From Fimbriosthenelais zetlandica (lineage: Eukaryota), in assembly GCA_977030845.1 (NCBI GenBank), contig OZ365110.1:16306001-16370000 (forward strand): a stretch of 64,000 bases of DNA, read 5' to 3'. A model generated the notes under the pieces. The model was given only the letters and a program-made list of their open reading frames with translations. It did not search any database and was not told where the DNA came from. This document shows, one piece after another, positions 14,201 to 29,000 of the stretch. A program made the translations under genes and the position numbers. The number at the start of each line of letters is the position of its first letter. Position 1 is the first letter of the stretch.

Positions 14201-17200
14201 GTACTCGCCATGCCACTGTTTCCCTACACCAAACCCCGCCGAATTAATCAACACGCTCATAGGGGATCTACAGCAAACTGTGGTATTAACATGATATGCA
14301 TGACAGCATATTATTACAGATGCGTGGATATATGACAACAACGCTGTCAGTTCCGAGAAGAAAGGCTGGGTGGATCCAAGGCAAATTCAATTATGGCCGC
14401 ATGAAGTGTTTAACACAGTGGTGTTTCCAATGAAAGGAAGGCGAGTTTCATTGCATTTCTGTGATCTGTAAGCTTTGGTTCCCCTGGGCCTGGTGGTGAT
14501 AATTGCATGCCTAGCCTCTCATTCCTAAAATTCAATAAGAACAATTAAAGTCCAGTGAATTAAATCTTGAGCTGGATAATTAACTCATTGAAATCTATTT
14601 ATGCTCAAATGCCCGAGCAGAGAGAAAGACATCTTGGCTGATTGCAAGTCCCAGCTAGTCGACAAGGCATCTGATTAAGTCAAATCATCTCAGCAGGTTG
14701 CAGTCTGTGTTCTGTGATTTCTGACACTCAATTCTCGCAAAAAGATTCCAGCTGTAGGGGTATCAATGTAATTAAGAGACGCAGAAGGACAAGATTATGG
14801 TGAGATATATACTGTCTGCTTAGATCCCGAAGTTGGTTAGAAGAAGTATTGGAACAAGGACCTGATATGCCAGCAGAGAGAATAGTGAGAACATTGCACA
14901 CTGTCACCCTCACTGTCACCTGACCAGTCATGTGGGTTGTCAGGACAACTGAGGGCTAACACAAACCCTCTCAAGAGTCCTGACCTTATACAAGCAGCCG
15001 AGATTGGAATACATACAAGGTTTTCAACAGGATCACTGGCGACTTAATCCTGAAAAGCTGAGTGTTGTTACAATGTCTTAAAGCTGAAGAACGACCATAG
15101 AGCATGGATTTTCCTGTCGTCTGGGACAGTGACAACTGCCAAATGCGCACCTTGAAGAACCACAAAAAGGAAAGTCCTTGAGAATTTATTTTTCCTTAAG
15201 GCAGAAGCATTAACTTTTGATCAGAAGAAAAGTTCAATCTCCAAAATGAAGATCTGAAAATTTATAATTGATTCCAATATTGCATCAGGGCTTTGGCACA
15301 CCTCAGTGAGCTAAAACTGCCCATGAAGAAATTGGAAGAAAAAAAGTTTGCACTCTTCTTGTCAGACAACCCAATCCCCAAGAGCAAAATCCTCAAGAAT
15401 CAATCAATTAAGGACGTCTTCGATCTAAAACATGTAATAGGAAGGTTTCCCCTGAAACCAAAAAGGCCAAAACCTGAAATTCTCACAACAGATGTCAGGT
15501 AATTTTTATGGCATAAAAATCATCATAATACTTCTTACAAGTGATTATAATATGATTTCCTGCCTAACAGCTGGGTTCATTTCCAGCAGTTAATGGTTTC
15601 TAGTGACCATGGCCAAGCTGAGCCAAGTTTTTCTTAAAGAAATGCATGCAGTCATGCCATGCTACTTAAAATCGTAGGTTCACCAAATACGTTTCCATGA
15701 ACAAGTAATAGAACCAGGATAAACAGGCCCAAAGCCTTTCTAACAAGCATTCCATGCAGGACCAGGTTTAAGTGCAGTTTGAAACCTGAAAGGAGGAGAC
15801 TAGCCACAGGAAACCTTTGATTAAGGTTAAGGGTATATGTGCCTATGAAGATACATAAAAGGACCTAATATGCACTTTCTTGAACAGCTGAGCATACGAT
15901 AGGGACAAGATAGATGCAGTGGCTGGGAATTCCACCCATTTCAGCCCTAATAACGAGCTGTAACATTGGATAATTACCCTTATTTGTACGCTGCTTGGCA
16001 TACCCAAGCCCAGGAAGTGGTTGTCCTAGGTGATAAAAACCTGGTCCTCTCTGCCCATACAGGGTAACACAGCCTCTTTAAATTTTACCCAGCGACAAGA
16101 TAAATACAGGAGGACAGTGTAAGGGCGGCAGGTCTGGCTGTTCTGTCAAGTAGAGGCCAGGCCTCAATGCTTTAACCCTTGCCGCTTTAGTGGGATACCT
16201 CGCTCAGATTAGACTACTAACACCCAGATGGGTTGCCCTGGATCCCTAACACCAAAACCACTACATTCTATCGAGAACCAACAAAGTATTCCCACTTATT
16301 GCCTGGTTCCTGGCTATCATTCCAGCCACAAGATTATATACATAAATTGAATAGACTTTTACCCGTCGCAGTCCGAATTGGTACCATTTCAATAGAAGCC
16401 TGAACGAGTATACTATAGGCTCGAATCTTTCAAATTGAAACATTGCAACTTTCCCCTTTCGAGTCTTTTAAACACAAAAGCAATTAATCATTACGTTATA
16501 GGGGTCATATGAAAAATTATGACAGCCAATGCTCCTGAGAACAAGAATTAATATTTCTCTGAGATGATTTAAAAAAGGCACATTCATGCACAGACACCTG
16601 AGTCAAGATCTGATCATATCTGGTTCTTTAATTACAGTGTGTATAGGACAGAATACTAATGTGACGATGAAATCATGAATGAAGCCACGAAGCTTATAAC
16701 AGCGGGAAGTCCTCTATATTCGTCAATATTAATCATGGGAAATATATGGGGGAATGTAATTGTCAACAATTGACAAATGCACTTGACTTGTGTAATGTAA
16801 AGCGTGCATAAATATATGCAATGGGGGAATCTTGGCTACAGTGGAAGCAAAGCTGACTCTTTGATAATCAAACAAGTACACAGGGACTGACAATAGGGCA
16901 AATCACTGAGAAACATAGACCCAGTGGTATTAGTAGCTGTGTCCCTATGTGTTAGTTCTCTTCGTGAAATTAGAAGCTCTGGTAGTATGTGGTAAGGTAA
17001 TAATGCAGGATTGTACTGTCAGTTATGCTTAACATTCAGTAAGAGCAAAGTAGCTTATTGACACCTGCTGTGACAGAAATGTCAAACAAATATTTCTAAA
17101 TTTGTCTCATATAGGATCTATAGGACAGGATGTAATCAATGAAGGTTTAAACCAAAATTATTCACATCATTCAGATACAGATATGGACAGAACAAGGGAC

Positions 17201-19433
17201 CTTTCCTCTAGGCAGCACCTAATAAATGAGTCACAGCTGAAAGTGGAAAATCGCGATGAAACATCCAATACTATTTGTGCCGCGTAAATGAATGCATTTA
17301 ATACACAGAGGCAGAGAGGGTTAAATTATTTATTAGCTTTTACGACGTTTACACAAGCTTAGGATGCTTTGATTTGATCATCCTAGAGCTACTTAGTAAC
17401 ATCCAGCATTAATCACTTGATAATGCTCTCCCAGAGCACCAGGTGTCGCAGGTGGGCCACTTCCCTAATCTGTCGCTAGTTGAGGATGGAAAAGAAAGTG
17501 CCATCTGTGCTCTGAATGGCTACAGTGCTCTTTCCACCAAGGATTGCACCAAGCACGATAGACAAAAAAGGAGAAATGCCATCAAAAGGGTCAGTCAAAG
17601 GTAGAACAGGGCAAGGACAGGTCTAAGAGCTCCTAGGAGGAAGACACTATCTTTGAGTGGAATTATCCTTGGTCTTGGTATTTTATGAGACATAGGTCGT
17701 GGTGCATGATTCCTTGCGAAAGATACGTCTGTTCCCTGCACTTGACTGAACAAAACTGTCAGAATGCACTTTACCATGCCACTGATTTTGTATGAATATA
17801 GTGCACCTGATAACCAAGAATTCGTAGAAGCATCCAAGAAGAGAATAATAACCAGTATGGTGATCGAAAGTCTCAGGAGAATGAAAATGGTCATAAAAAG
17901 CCTTCTCTCTATCTTAGACCCAGAAGGAAGCATCTGATGAATATCATTGTCCTCAATAAAAGGCCAGACCACCGTGACCTGGGCATGTGAAGAATGCTGA
18001 GTCCCAGCATTTACTATGATCTACGGTTAATATGGCTTGTTCTGGGCATAAACTCCTGGTTTGATAGCCTGCGTCTCCTGGGCGATAATCAAGTAGGTTA
18101 TAGAACGCAGTACAATAAGAGTTGTCAGGCATTAAAGACTGGAACACAATGAATACAGTGAATGCAGTGTTCTTTCATTTTTTTTTGCGAAGGATCAACT
18201 CCACAAATTGCTGTTTTTTCAGAGTAAAAAGGGGGGAAAAGATTGTTTGCATCGTTTGTTCTGGGCTTAATGGAGAAAAGCATCCTGAAACCTAATGTGC
18301 CCTTGGTTTTGTCTCCAAGAAGGTTTTCCTGACGGAGCAAAGAGCAGTTTCAGTTTTTTTGTCGCTTATTTGGTATTGAGGAACTCAAAACATGTCTTTA
18401 AAATCCAGCCTCCAATTCCCGGGTTCTCTTGTTCAAAAGAAAACAAGAGGTCTGCGAAAAATCAGACTCGGTGACCAGTTGGAGTTTCCAGTTTGCCAAT
18501 GCCGAAGCGTATGACGCACAAACCTAAAGTGTGTTCATTATCCAGTTTCTAGTGAAATAAAACTGACTGATCATGTATTTGAGCCCATCATTCTATGTTG
18601 AGGCTATCTGTTAATCTACAAGTGAGTCAGAATGACGAGTATCAGCAGTCATATCAGCGATGACGACCTGATATGCACTCTGGATGATGGAAGCCCTTCT
18701 TGGTGAACCTGGCAGGCTCTGGCAGTATATATACAATGTGCAGAAGCAGGGAAAAGTATGGAAGCTTGATCATTGCTTTACTCAGCCCCCAAGCCCTGCC
18801 TTGCCCGTGATAAGTTTATTGATCTATATGAACTAGTGATCATATCTCAACTCCAATGCTGCATTTATCATCAAGTACCAGCCTCTGGTTTTCTGATGGG
18901 GAGTTCCGGCAGGGTGGACAACATGCGGTAGTAAACAGTTGGTTTGAGGTACTAGGAACACAGACTGGTGACAATCTGCAACTAGCCACCATAGGAGGAA
19001 GGAGAAAAAGGGAGAAATAAACCCTCCACGGGCTTTAAAAGGTCTAGTGTGGGGATAGATAACTGATGACTGATGCTATCAGGAAAAGCCAGTAGGTATT
19101 GATTAATCAAGGGTGAAGTTGGCAGCCCCTTTAAAATGCCCTGCTTTATGGCCCAGTTTATGAGGGGTAGCCAGGAGTAAAGCATTCATTTTTTTTAACA
19201 TCAGAATAATAAATATTCACAGTTCGCATCATAGTCTATCTTATTTGATATCCATTTGGGTGAGATAGATGTCCTATGGGATATACATAATGCATTTTAT
19301 GTTGAGTCTTTTACATTATCGATATTATTGACTATTAGCTTGTCATATTGCCGAATATGAATGAGGAAACCTTCGATAAAGTTATGTGTAACATCAACAT
19401 CTATTATCAGGCTCAGCACGAATCACATATATG

Positions 19434-19620
19434 CAGAATAATAAAGTGCATTGGGAACATTTAACATGGGTCCCTGGAGATAGAAAAACAAAACTGTGTC
19501 GTATGTATTGGATATGGTGATCATGTGTCCAGAATAATAAAGTTCATTGTGATCATTTTAAAAACTTTGGTCCCTAGAAATTGTGTGGTATGTATTGACA
19601 TATGGTGATGTGTCAGGATA
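19434..19620. repeat. Imperfect two-copy tandem duplication, ~96-bp period
   Basis: cagaataataaagt(g/t)cattg at 19434 and 19530; both copies continue through gtccct and gtatgtattg...atatggtgat. Confidence 0.8.
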
Positions 19621-19949
19621 AATTACGATCATAAACATGATAATCAGATGATGATAGTGCCTCAGCTGCTGCCATATTGAGGCATCACATATTGTGACAG
19701 AACTTCAATACATCTAGATTGCCAGTCAATAATGTGTAACTTTACATGTATTTTAATGAATATACGACACCTCGTAGTCATCTAAGCCAAACAGTAGTCC
19801 TGTTCTTTAATATCATATATCTAAATGGAAGCACTTCTTTTATCATAGATATGCTTTTTACTTCAAATATATAATTTATAATTTAGCTGCTGGCAGTTCT
19901 GTATGTATTGACTAATGTCACATCCTGTCTTGTGTAGTAGCAAACTTAC

Positions 19950-20045
19950 TTTAGCTTGTGGCCCTCTGGCCACGAAGAAGTAGGTCATGACATTCCAAGT
20001 TAGGAAGACCACAACGACAAAGAAGGTGACAGATCGTCGCTTCAT
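19950..20045 (-). CDS. MGAT1: First coding exon of a Golgi type II membrane glycosyltransferase, probably MGAT1 (GnT-I)-like; whole exon 19950-20097 including 5'UTR
   Basis: Seen: pyrimidine-rich acceptor (ccttttttctgttattattttacag) before 20097, ATG at 20045, 32 codons MKRRSVTFFVVVVFLTWNVMTYFFVARGPQAK, then a phase-0 AAA|GTAAGT donor at 19950. Knowledge: a short basic cytosolic tail plus TM helix with F-x-x-W-N resembles vertebrate MGAT1 (FVAWNALLLLFF). The exon is better supported than the gene name; catalytic motifs (SQD, EDD, WNDNG, FPGLGW) were not found in 1-19900. Confidence 0.55.
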
Positions 20046-23000
20046 GGCCCTCTCCAACAAGCAGCGAATGCTACCGTGTTTCTAGCCACCATAACATCTG
20101 TAAAATAATAACAGAAAAAAGGTTATATACCATACAACAATATAAAATTTACAATGAGATAAGCAAAACAATAGATACATGAAATAATTGAGTCCCCCAT
20201 CGCACTATTTCGATGATGTGTGGAGATATATAGGAGCCATATATAGATCTATCTATAGAATTTCCTGTAATAAAAATTGATAGCCTGTCATGATGGTCTG
20301 GCTAACCATCAAAAAGCAAATGGCTGCAACATCAGAATTTGAAAAACGGTTAGATGGAAAAGAAAGGAGACTGTTCAAAATGCCACAGAGACGTGCAGTA
20401 ATTATGGAAACGATACAATGAATTATTGAACAGATGAGAGATATTATTGTACCCATGTTCAAATTAAGGCAAACTGACGAAGTCTGTGAGGAGCAATATG
20501 AGAATACAAGCTTAAGCTAGCTCTGAATAATTCACTTCTTCACCCTGTTGGCGAGCAAATCTTGTGGAGGGCTGATGAATGGCGCTATAGATGGGAGTTT
20601 ATGTTTAAGGTAGGTGTTCATCAATTTTATCTCTTCTAGATGAATGAAGATCTGTCATATGTTGTTGGCTCATCTTTCATCATTCATCATTCAGTAATGG
20701 AGTGAATCCTGCAGCTAGACTCATTCCTCATGTATTTAGCTTTGAGCAATTAGATTGGGCTTCCTTGGAATGGATTGCTTTGCGGCAAACAATTTTAATT
20801 TTAAATGCATTTGGATAATAATCACCTTGATAGGCCATTCCAGTTCAGATTACATGGGAGGTCTGCATCCAAATAACATAATGAATGGTAGTTGCACGGA
20901 CAACGATGCAATCTTTTTTGTCAGTTCTGTTTACAAAAGCGAATTTCAAGCTTTGGATAGAAAAGCCTGGAAATATTAGATTTGAAACAGGATCGCTTGT
21001 GCGGTCTCAGTGAGATGTAAATTTGACAAATACTGTGGGATCTACAGGAAATTTACATTGTAAATAACCTGGCTTGCCTATACTTCAGGGAAACATGCCT
21101 GATGACAAGGTAATCTGCAAGGCTTTCGCTTTGCACAAACCCCTCGCAAGCAAAAGTCCTATCTTTAAACTAATGACTCTGACGACAATGACAAAGCTTA
21201 AAAAAATGACACACATTTGCACTTGCGTTTAGGCATGCTATCAAACAACAATCTTGCCAAGAGCGCCAAAATCAAAGCAAATTAGCAGTCAGACCCGTTT
21301 TCTGCACTAAAGGGTGTTCATGGTGTTCTGTGTACTGTGGACATTAAAGGGAAAATTGTGTTTGGAGGAAGCATGTGCATGTGGAAGTGATGACAGAGGT
21401 AGCTCGGGTATAGATTTGTTCTTTGGCACAGACTTCGATCTCGAGGTTAGATCATGGAGAGCATCACCATGGATCATGTTCTAAACCCACAGTAATGTCG
21501 CCAAGGGAATATATAATTATAAGTAAACCAAGGACGTCATAAAGTTCTTGGGGAGAAAATTTCATTTTTCTTGTAATGCTGAATTTTGAGAGGATATGTA
21601 GGCGTACATAATGAATTGTCATGAAAGGAGGGTTATTTTTAGCGTACAAAACGTGCTTTCTGATATACAAGCCATGAGGTACACCAAAGTGCCACCCAGG
21701 GAAGAGTACAGAAGACTCCAAATGAATCAGTGGGTGTGGTTCCAGTTTCCAAGGGAGCTTTTCCTATTTCCCGGGAACAAAGGCTGAGTGATGGAAAAAA
21801 TATCAACTTACAGATTCATTCAGGTATTTGAGGGTGTGCCTTATATCTTATTATATATCAGATATACTGTTTTCATGCTTAACAGCAAAGTAAACTTTTC
21901 AATGACATTATGGGGTTCAAAACTTCACAGTTTTGCAATAAATATAGAACACAAAGAGGGCTTGGCAATGGAAGAAATTGAACATCATTACACCTGTCAA
22001 GCATAATTTATGAATTAGAATTAATCCTAACACATCTAACCAGGCATGATAAGCCATCCCGGGCTCTAATCAGATAATCTTTGCTGCCAGCATAACCAGA
22101 ACATGAGTCTGCAAGAAAAATCTTAATACCATTAGTGCAAAGGAATATTGATTGGCAGCTTAGCACCGCAGACTGGGAATGGCTTGGAAGAGAACAAGCC
22201 TTGGCAGACACGACAAGTCTCTGCCTATCCTCCCCCTCCTTCCCTACATTTCGTCCTGCTGCTGCTACTGCTCTCTTCTCAGACTGCCCTATAGCAGCAG
22301 GATACAGCCTACTTATATCCCTGCTTTAATATCCAAATATCCAAAGGCCTTTCTTTGTTCTGGGGCTTGCCTTACATTGGAATCAGGAAAGGGTGGGGCA
22401 GTTTTGCAATGGATGGTCCGTTTGGTCTGAGACAGGGCGGCTCCAAAAATGTTAAAGTTAGCTCACATTTTTCAGAATGGCTCTCTGCTCACGACTCTTA
22501 AGAAGGTAATATTTCATTTCAATTGTTAGAGTATCTGGATGCAACATCTCACTGATTAAATATCCTGAAAAGAAGATGAAAAAAGCTATAAAAATCACTG
22601 TATGAAAGCCTCTGGAAATGGAAGCTTCATTCGGCCCAACAGGTAGTGGAATAGGACACGACTAGATAAATATCAACAGAAAATGAATACAAAACGAGCG
22701 ACGGATACATTGCACCTAAATCATTGACAATATGAGTGCACATAACACAGTCTCAGTCTAGTGATCAGTGGTAAAGGTCTTTCGCCAGTCATTTAGCACA
22801 TCGAAAAGCAGCTGAAGACTATTAGCAAGGCGTTGCTGAACGCTGTGTATGCATGGACAAGTTAAAGCATGCCATGGCCAGCACAACTAACCACCACTAG
22901 GTCATATTGATGGGTATTTTTTACTTTAAGCTTCAGGGATGTGGGCCATGAGGAAGCCAGAGAATCCAGATCAATGGGAAGGCAAGGGACGCCTTTATTA

Positions 23001-26000
23001 GGCCAACTTTAGGACATGACTGGGCAGGGGTATTTTGAGGTCGTGCAGAGTGCATGAATGCAATGGTGGCATTGTATTCTCCTTCTCCTCCTTGTCCATA
23101 TCTCTCCCATTCCCATCCCTCTCAACCCACCAAATCAGCCCCTCATGTACAGTCACTAAAAGGGGAAGACTAGTGCAGTCATAATCTCCGGAGTTCCCTC
23201 GGGTAAGTGGGATGGGAACGCAGTACCTACAGAAACATGACTCCTTTTGTTCACATCCTAAAAGGACACAGTACGTAGTTTTAGAGGTTTTATTCACATC
23301 TGTGTATAAATTCATACGAGAGTAAAATGTGTTCCTTGCTACTATGACAAAACAGAGTGTACAACCCTGAGGGGATGGAAAACATTTTCCCTGCTAGAAA
23401 ATATCAATGGGATAATCAATCTTCACTTCTCTAGTCAATATCTAATTATATCTTCGCTCATTAAGTTGAAAACACATTGTCCTGGGAGTCAATACTCTAT
23501 TCTAGCCAGTGAAGAAACACAGAGCACCAGAGGAAGGCAGACTTTAAAGTTGAGAGGCTTCTGGATGGGTAAGAAAACACTCCAGACAGTGAAAACTCCT
23601 GAGAGGAAATGCTAATATAAAACTAATATTAAAGAATTGTCTCATCTCAAAATTAAACTTTAGCGGTGTGTTTTCAGATCATGGTTTGTCTGAGATGTGT
23701 GGGATTTTTGTAGATCAAACATTGTCAGATCCTCAATCACGAATTTCAAATAGTCGGATTTACAGAGCCTCCAGCTTGTTTTTGTAATTATATGAAGTTT
23801 TTGTCTCTAGAGCATCTGTCAAAATATGATGAAAGCACCGGCAACTAAATCTAATCAAACACTTTTACTCATAATTAAAAGCTAGAATTAAACCTGATCA
23901 CGAAGCAATATGTATTTGCTTTACAAAATCGATAGAGTTGCAACGTTTTACTCATACGAAGCTACTAAAACAACCATTGAATTAGATACGCCAATGGGCC
24001 ATATACATTTAGCATTAGGGCCAGATAATTTTATGACCTATTCTGGCACCATTGAAGGTACATTTGAAATGTTATGCTTGGCATCATGAACATCATGAAC
24101 AAATGAAAGGTTCAAGTGTTAAAAGCCAGGGTGAAAGGGTAAGATGTTAAGGTACAAAACGACTTAATACATGCCATTAATGTATAGACCAGCTTGTGAG
24201 CTCCATCAACTCTACCTACTGCTCTCTCACCCATACAACCATCATACTACGGCAGGCACTTAAATGGCACTTGCCCAGATTTAAGACCCATTCACACACA
24301 ATAATACAAACTATAACTCATAGGTACCTCTACAGCTTAAAGGTAAATAAATCAGTGGCAAATAAAGGAAGTGGAAGCAGTTTTACGAGACTGATATGGG
24401 TGAAGATTTACTTGGTAAAATCAGAGGGCCACGTTTATGGCTCATCCGGAAGAAATTATGACCAAGAAAAGAACACTATTTTGTTAAGCTTGGGGAGAAG
24501 AGTGGAGAGAGCTGGTGTGAAAGTAAAAGGAAATATTGCCTGGGCTTTGGAAACCATTTTATCTGGGGCTCGGGAGACCGCAAAAATAAGATAAAGCTCC
24601 AGATAATATGGCACCCGAGGGTCATATATGGGTAGGGAATTCCCCACCTATCTGTCTTTTATTGTATGCCTCAAAAGGAACGAATTGTTGGATATTCTGA
24701 ATACACAATCGTCCATAAGTCGTGAGACATTGCTGTTCAACAGGAAAGATATAATTTTATAAGATTGTCACGCGTAGAATATGATTATCCCACATATCTG
24801 ACTGATGTATATTTGGCTTTACACCACACTGAATGACAGTGGTATATCAGGTTTGGTTTATTGGCATTGCTTGTCTGGTATTTTCCCTTTCTGGGAGGGT
24901 CCATAGTAAACACTCTGGTGTGGGACCTCTCCAAGCTGCCCAACTCCTCCAGCATGAAGCTTCAGCCCAGCTTCTGCCATGGAGGCCAAGATAAACAGGG
25001 GAGGAGGCCTGATTAGGCTCTGACTAACCCAAGTCCAGACCAAAGTCATGTATTTACAGTCCACTCCTATCTCCAACCACACCCACCCCTTCTTCTCCCT
25101 CAAGCTCCCACTATACTCGGTGAAATTCTGTGGGATAACTGCATGAGACCCCATGCATAATAAATATACAGCATGCAGAATGTGAAGCAAGTGGTGCCAC
25201 CTGCCTAGTGGATTACTATAGATTAAGATTTTTTGAGAAAGAAATATAAAATAGGATCTGTACACCATAAGTATAAGCCTGAAAATTATTCATTTATAAA
25301 CATAACAATACCAAAGTGATGTGCAAACATAGACTTGCGCACTATAATATTATAAGGTTTTAAGTCTGGCATGAATATAATATGATTATATAATGAAAAA
25401 AATGTATAGTGGCTAGACTACACTATAGTGTCTTATAATCGTTCCTATATTGAAAGCCCAGCAAATTGGATTCATTCCCTTAATGCAGTCAATATACGAG
25501 ATACTTCAACAGAGGCATAACCAGCATCCATAGAAACTAGATGGTGTTTGAGAAAATATGAGAAGGCATCATTACCATGGAGTAATACTATTTCAAATGT
25601 ATTGTTTTAATCAGTATGAATCCTAACAATGAGACCGCATGGCTCGGTTTCTCTCTCTACCCATAATGAGAGAATATCACATCATTTCACTCCCTGTTTT
25701 ACATTCTGATTAGGATGGAGTTCAAATTTCCCTATCATTATCCCCCTTCAGCTATGATGTTCAAAAAGATTAATTGGGAAGATGAATGTGTGCTAGGAGG
25801 CTGGAATAATTTCACTTTTTCCAGAATTTGGCCAGATGAGAAGGCTCGGCTAGTGTTGATGCATCAAGTTTTGAGCGGGCATTGTCCTCTAAAGATGAAA
25901 TAGATCAAATAGTGCTATAATGATATCTGAAATCTAACCACGACCTGGAGCACATTATGGTGTATACTCCTATGCAGTATAACAACAGCAGGTACCAGAT

Positions 26001-29000
26001 GTGTGGATAAATCCGAAAATAAATTTGAATAGACAGACCATTATCACACTGAGCATAAACAGGTTTATAGATTTATCCAATGGACCTGTATGACAGTTAT
26101 ACCTAGAATGGTCTTCTAGGCTACAACTGCATGATAGATCACTTATTGCAATGTAACATCAGATCCGCTATAGATACTGATAACCATAGTGTCAGCTTGA
26201 TCTTTATTACAGCTTTTTTGTATGGCCTTTTTTAATCTAGAAGATGCAGAGGAGACCTTGAGGCGATTGTACTAGTCGAACTCCTCATACTCTTCTTACA
26301 ATATTTAATGCAAAATCACTGTTTAATTCCGGGCAATTTAAAGGCATTAAACTATCCTTGGCGAATTTGCTTGTTCTTTTCCATGTATATGTTCTGTGAC
26401 CAGCTAGTAAACAGGAAGGGAATAAGGCAGGTGGCACAGTGTCACGTCTAAACTAAGAGATGCCAACTGTCACCTAATACCTCCTCTTGTCCTGTCATTA
26501 TGGAGGAGGGGGAAGAAAGTGTGGCTGACAAAACCATCCGTTAAAAGGCGCCATAATTACAAGCCAAGTCAGTACAACTGTCAGAAAGGTGGAAACAAGC
26601 GACCAGTCATCAGACATGATTTGTAGAAGGCCACGATAAGTGCCCAAAAACACCCCAGAAAAAGAGAACATTTACTTGTCTTTATGATGTTTACGACCAT
26701 CTATTCCTTTACACCGTTGAATATAGATAAGTCTACGAGACATTTGTTATGTTCACTGCCTCCTAGATATGTATGTTTAATGCATCCGCATGAGAGAAAT
26801 ATCTACGAAGGCAGTCAGTCACAAATCTACTTAGAAAGTGATAAGTTAAATGTTCCCAAAAGCATAAAACACTTTATGTCACGACTAATCATAGTTTTCT
26901 TTCACAAGAGACCTTTAGCCATTTATCCTAGACGGTGACTATTGAAATCGCATTTGCCTTAATCTGCAGCAGCGCTTGGATGTAAGTGGACAAGGTCATG
27001 GAGCCTTTTAACCATAGCCACCTATCACCCTTAAAAGCTCCATACTCAGTGTGGTATTGGGCGATCTAAAGCCCTCAAGTAGAGTCCATTAACCAAGCAA
27101 TAATGACCACTAGACATATATGTATTGAGACCGAGCCCAAGTACCATCAAGAGACCTTTATTTAAGAACCACTGACCTGTACTGAGTATTGCTCTTGGGC
27201 CACCTTTTGCCTCCTTCAAGCAATTGCCTTCAAACGCTTGACCAACTTAGCCAGGAGAAAACTGGCATCCTAAAAGCAGACAAGATCACAGCAGCAGCAC
27301 AGGCATCGCAAAACCATTACACTTACTCCTCTCTGCTTAGTCGCCAGATTTGACTTGATTTTCCGCTTTAGCAGCCAGTGCCTTGTGACCTCACATACCA
27401 AGTTCAAAGATACACTCACATATTGACTAACGCTTATAAGCCAGAGCCCGACCACCAGAGATGGAGAGGAAGGCAAAGCCTGCCTACAGGCCATCAGGTT
27501 CCTTAGGGTGAACACCTAACTCAGTGGTGGACCTTCACCATGAGTGTGGGTAGTCAAGCTGGACAATCAATGGTCATCTTATGACACTAACCGGTCATCT
27601 CACATCCCACTTTTCACTCCCCACCATCTCCCACCATTACTTCTGCATTCAGTCACACAAATAGGTCGAGATAAGAAGAATTATGACAGATAACTTGAGG
27701 AAGTAACCTTGGACTATTCCCTTCTATACAGATACCAGTACTACTGGCCTTTATGTAGTACCTTATTAACCTAACTAATGATGCTTGCCACGTAGCCAGG
27801 CACTACCAATTGGTAGACATTATGGTGGAGCAAGCTAGGCCATCATCATCCTGCTTGGAAGCACCCTAGTAACGGTGCTCACCCTCTGGATGAACCAACA
27901 TGATCGCCTGATCTCTAATCCCCCCCTGTTCTTGATCCAGACGTGGAGGTAATGCCCCTCTTGGTAATTAGAGGCCCTCTCAGCCAAGTGGGTGGTTACT
28001 TGGGCCTCTGGGTGGGGTGGAGGGCCTGCAGGGTTGGTACCCTATTTTATTAAAGGCCTGGTAAATAGGGGATGATTCTGACATCACAGTCCATTGCTTC
28101 CTGCACTGACTCCTAACCTTGCCCTTGTATGGCTCTAACCTAAGGCCCACTTATTTTTGACCTTCGGAAGTAGTGTGTGTGACTCTTGCAGATAGTGAAG
28201 GACCATTAAAGGATGGCTTTTCATTAATGCTACAAAACGAGAAGACTCATGCTGTGACAGGCACATGGACGTTAAGAGAAGATATCTCAGAGGTGCAATT
28301 CTGGATGGGCATTTTAGGGCTTTATGAGCAAATAGTGACTGTCACTGTCAACGTAAATCAATGCTCCCAATTTCACTGACTTTACCCAAGCGATTCCTCT
28401 AATGCAAAATAAAGCCCGGTAGACCAGTCTCAGACGGATCCAAGAATTGAAATTTGCAGTACCAAAACCAAAAAAAGTCAAGACCATTCAGTTTGTCTCC
28501 AATTAAGTCGAAAGATTTTAGGAAAGTTCAAGGAAAATGAAAGAAATAACTCTCGACGCGTGTAGATTCACATAACCTTATTTCAAGCAAAATAATAAAT
28601 TGCAATGGAGAAAAACCCGTTCAAAGCAATGGCCAATGCAATGCCACAGGTGGCATTTGACCTTTAAATTGGAATTGAGTCCCATTCCATAGATATCCAG
28701 TTCTTTGATTATGTTGTCTTTATCAAGACTAAGTCTACCAGGACAATATATTCTTTATTGCCGAGCCTGGCCTAATTTGAGACCTCCGGCAGATAAGAAT
28801 CAATAGCCGAGCATCCGTCTTACATGTCCCCCAGCCAAACCAGCACAAAGCAGACAGAGTGTGGATCCCTCTGGATGCTAGCACTCAGGCCCATATACCT
28901 CCCCGGGGTCTAATTCTATTTCCATCGCCCATATAGATTGCTATAAAAGCAACTGATGAAATAAAAGCAAATTTCCATCACTATTGCCTGGTAGAGACCT

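Noticed and set aside
17935-18000. C/D-box snoRNA (TGATGA...CTGA)
   Set aside because: Non-canonical C-box context and no terminal stem.
18982-19185. LINE reverse transcriptase-like GILKGLPTSP
   Set aside because: Resembles GxxQGxPxSP but no credible YxDD follows; single weak motif.
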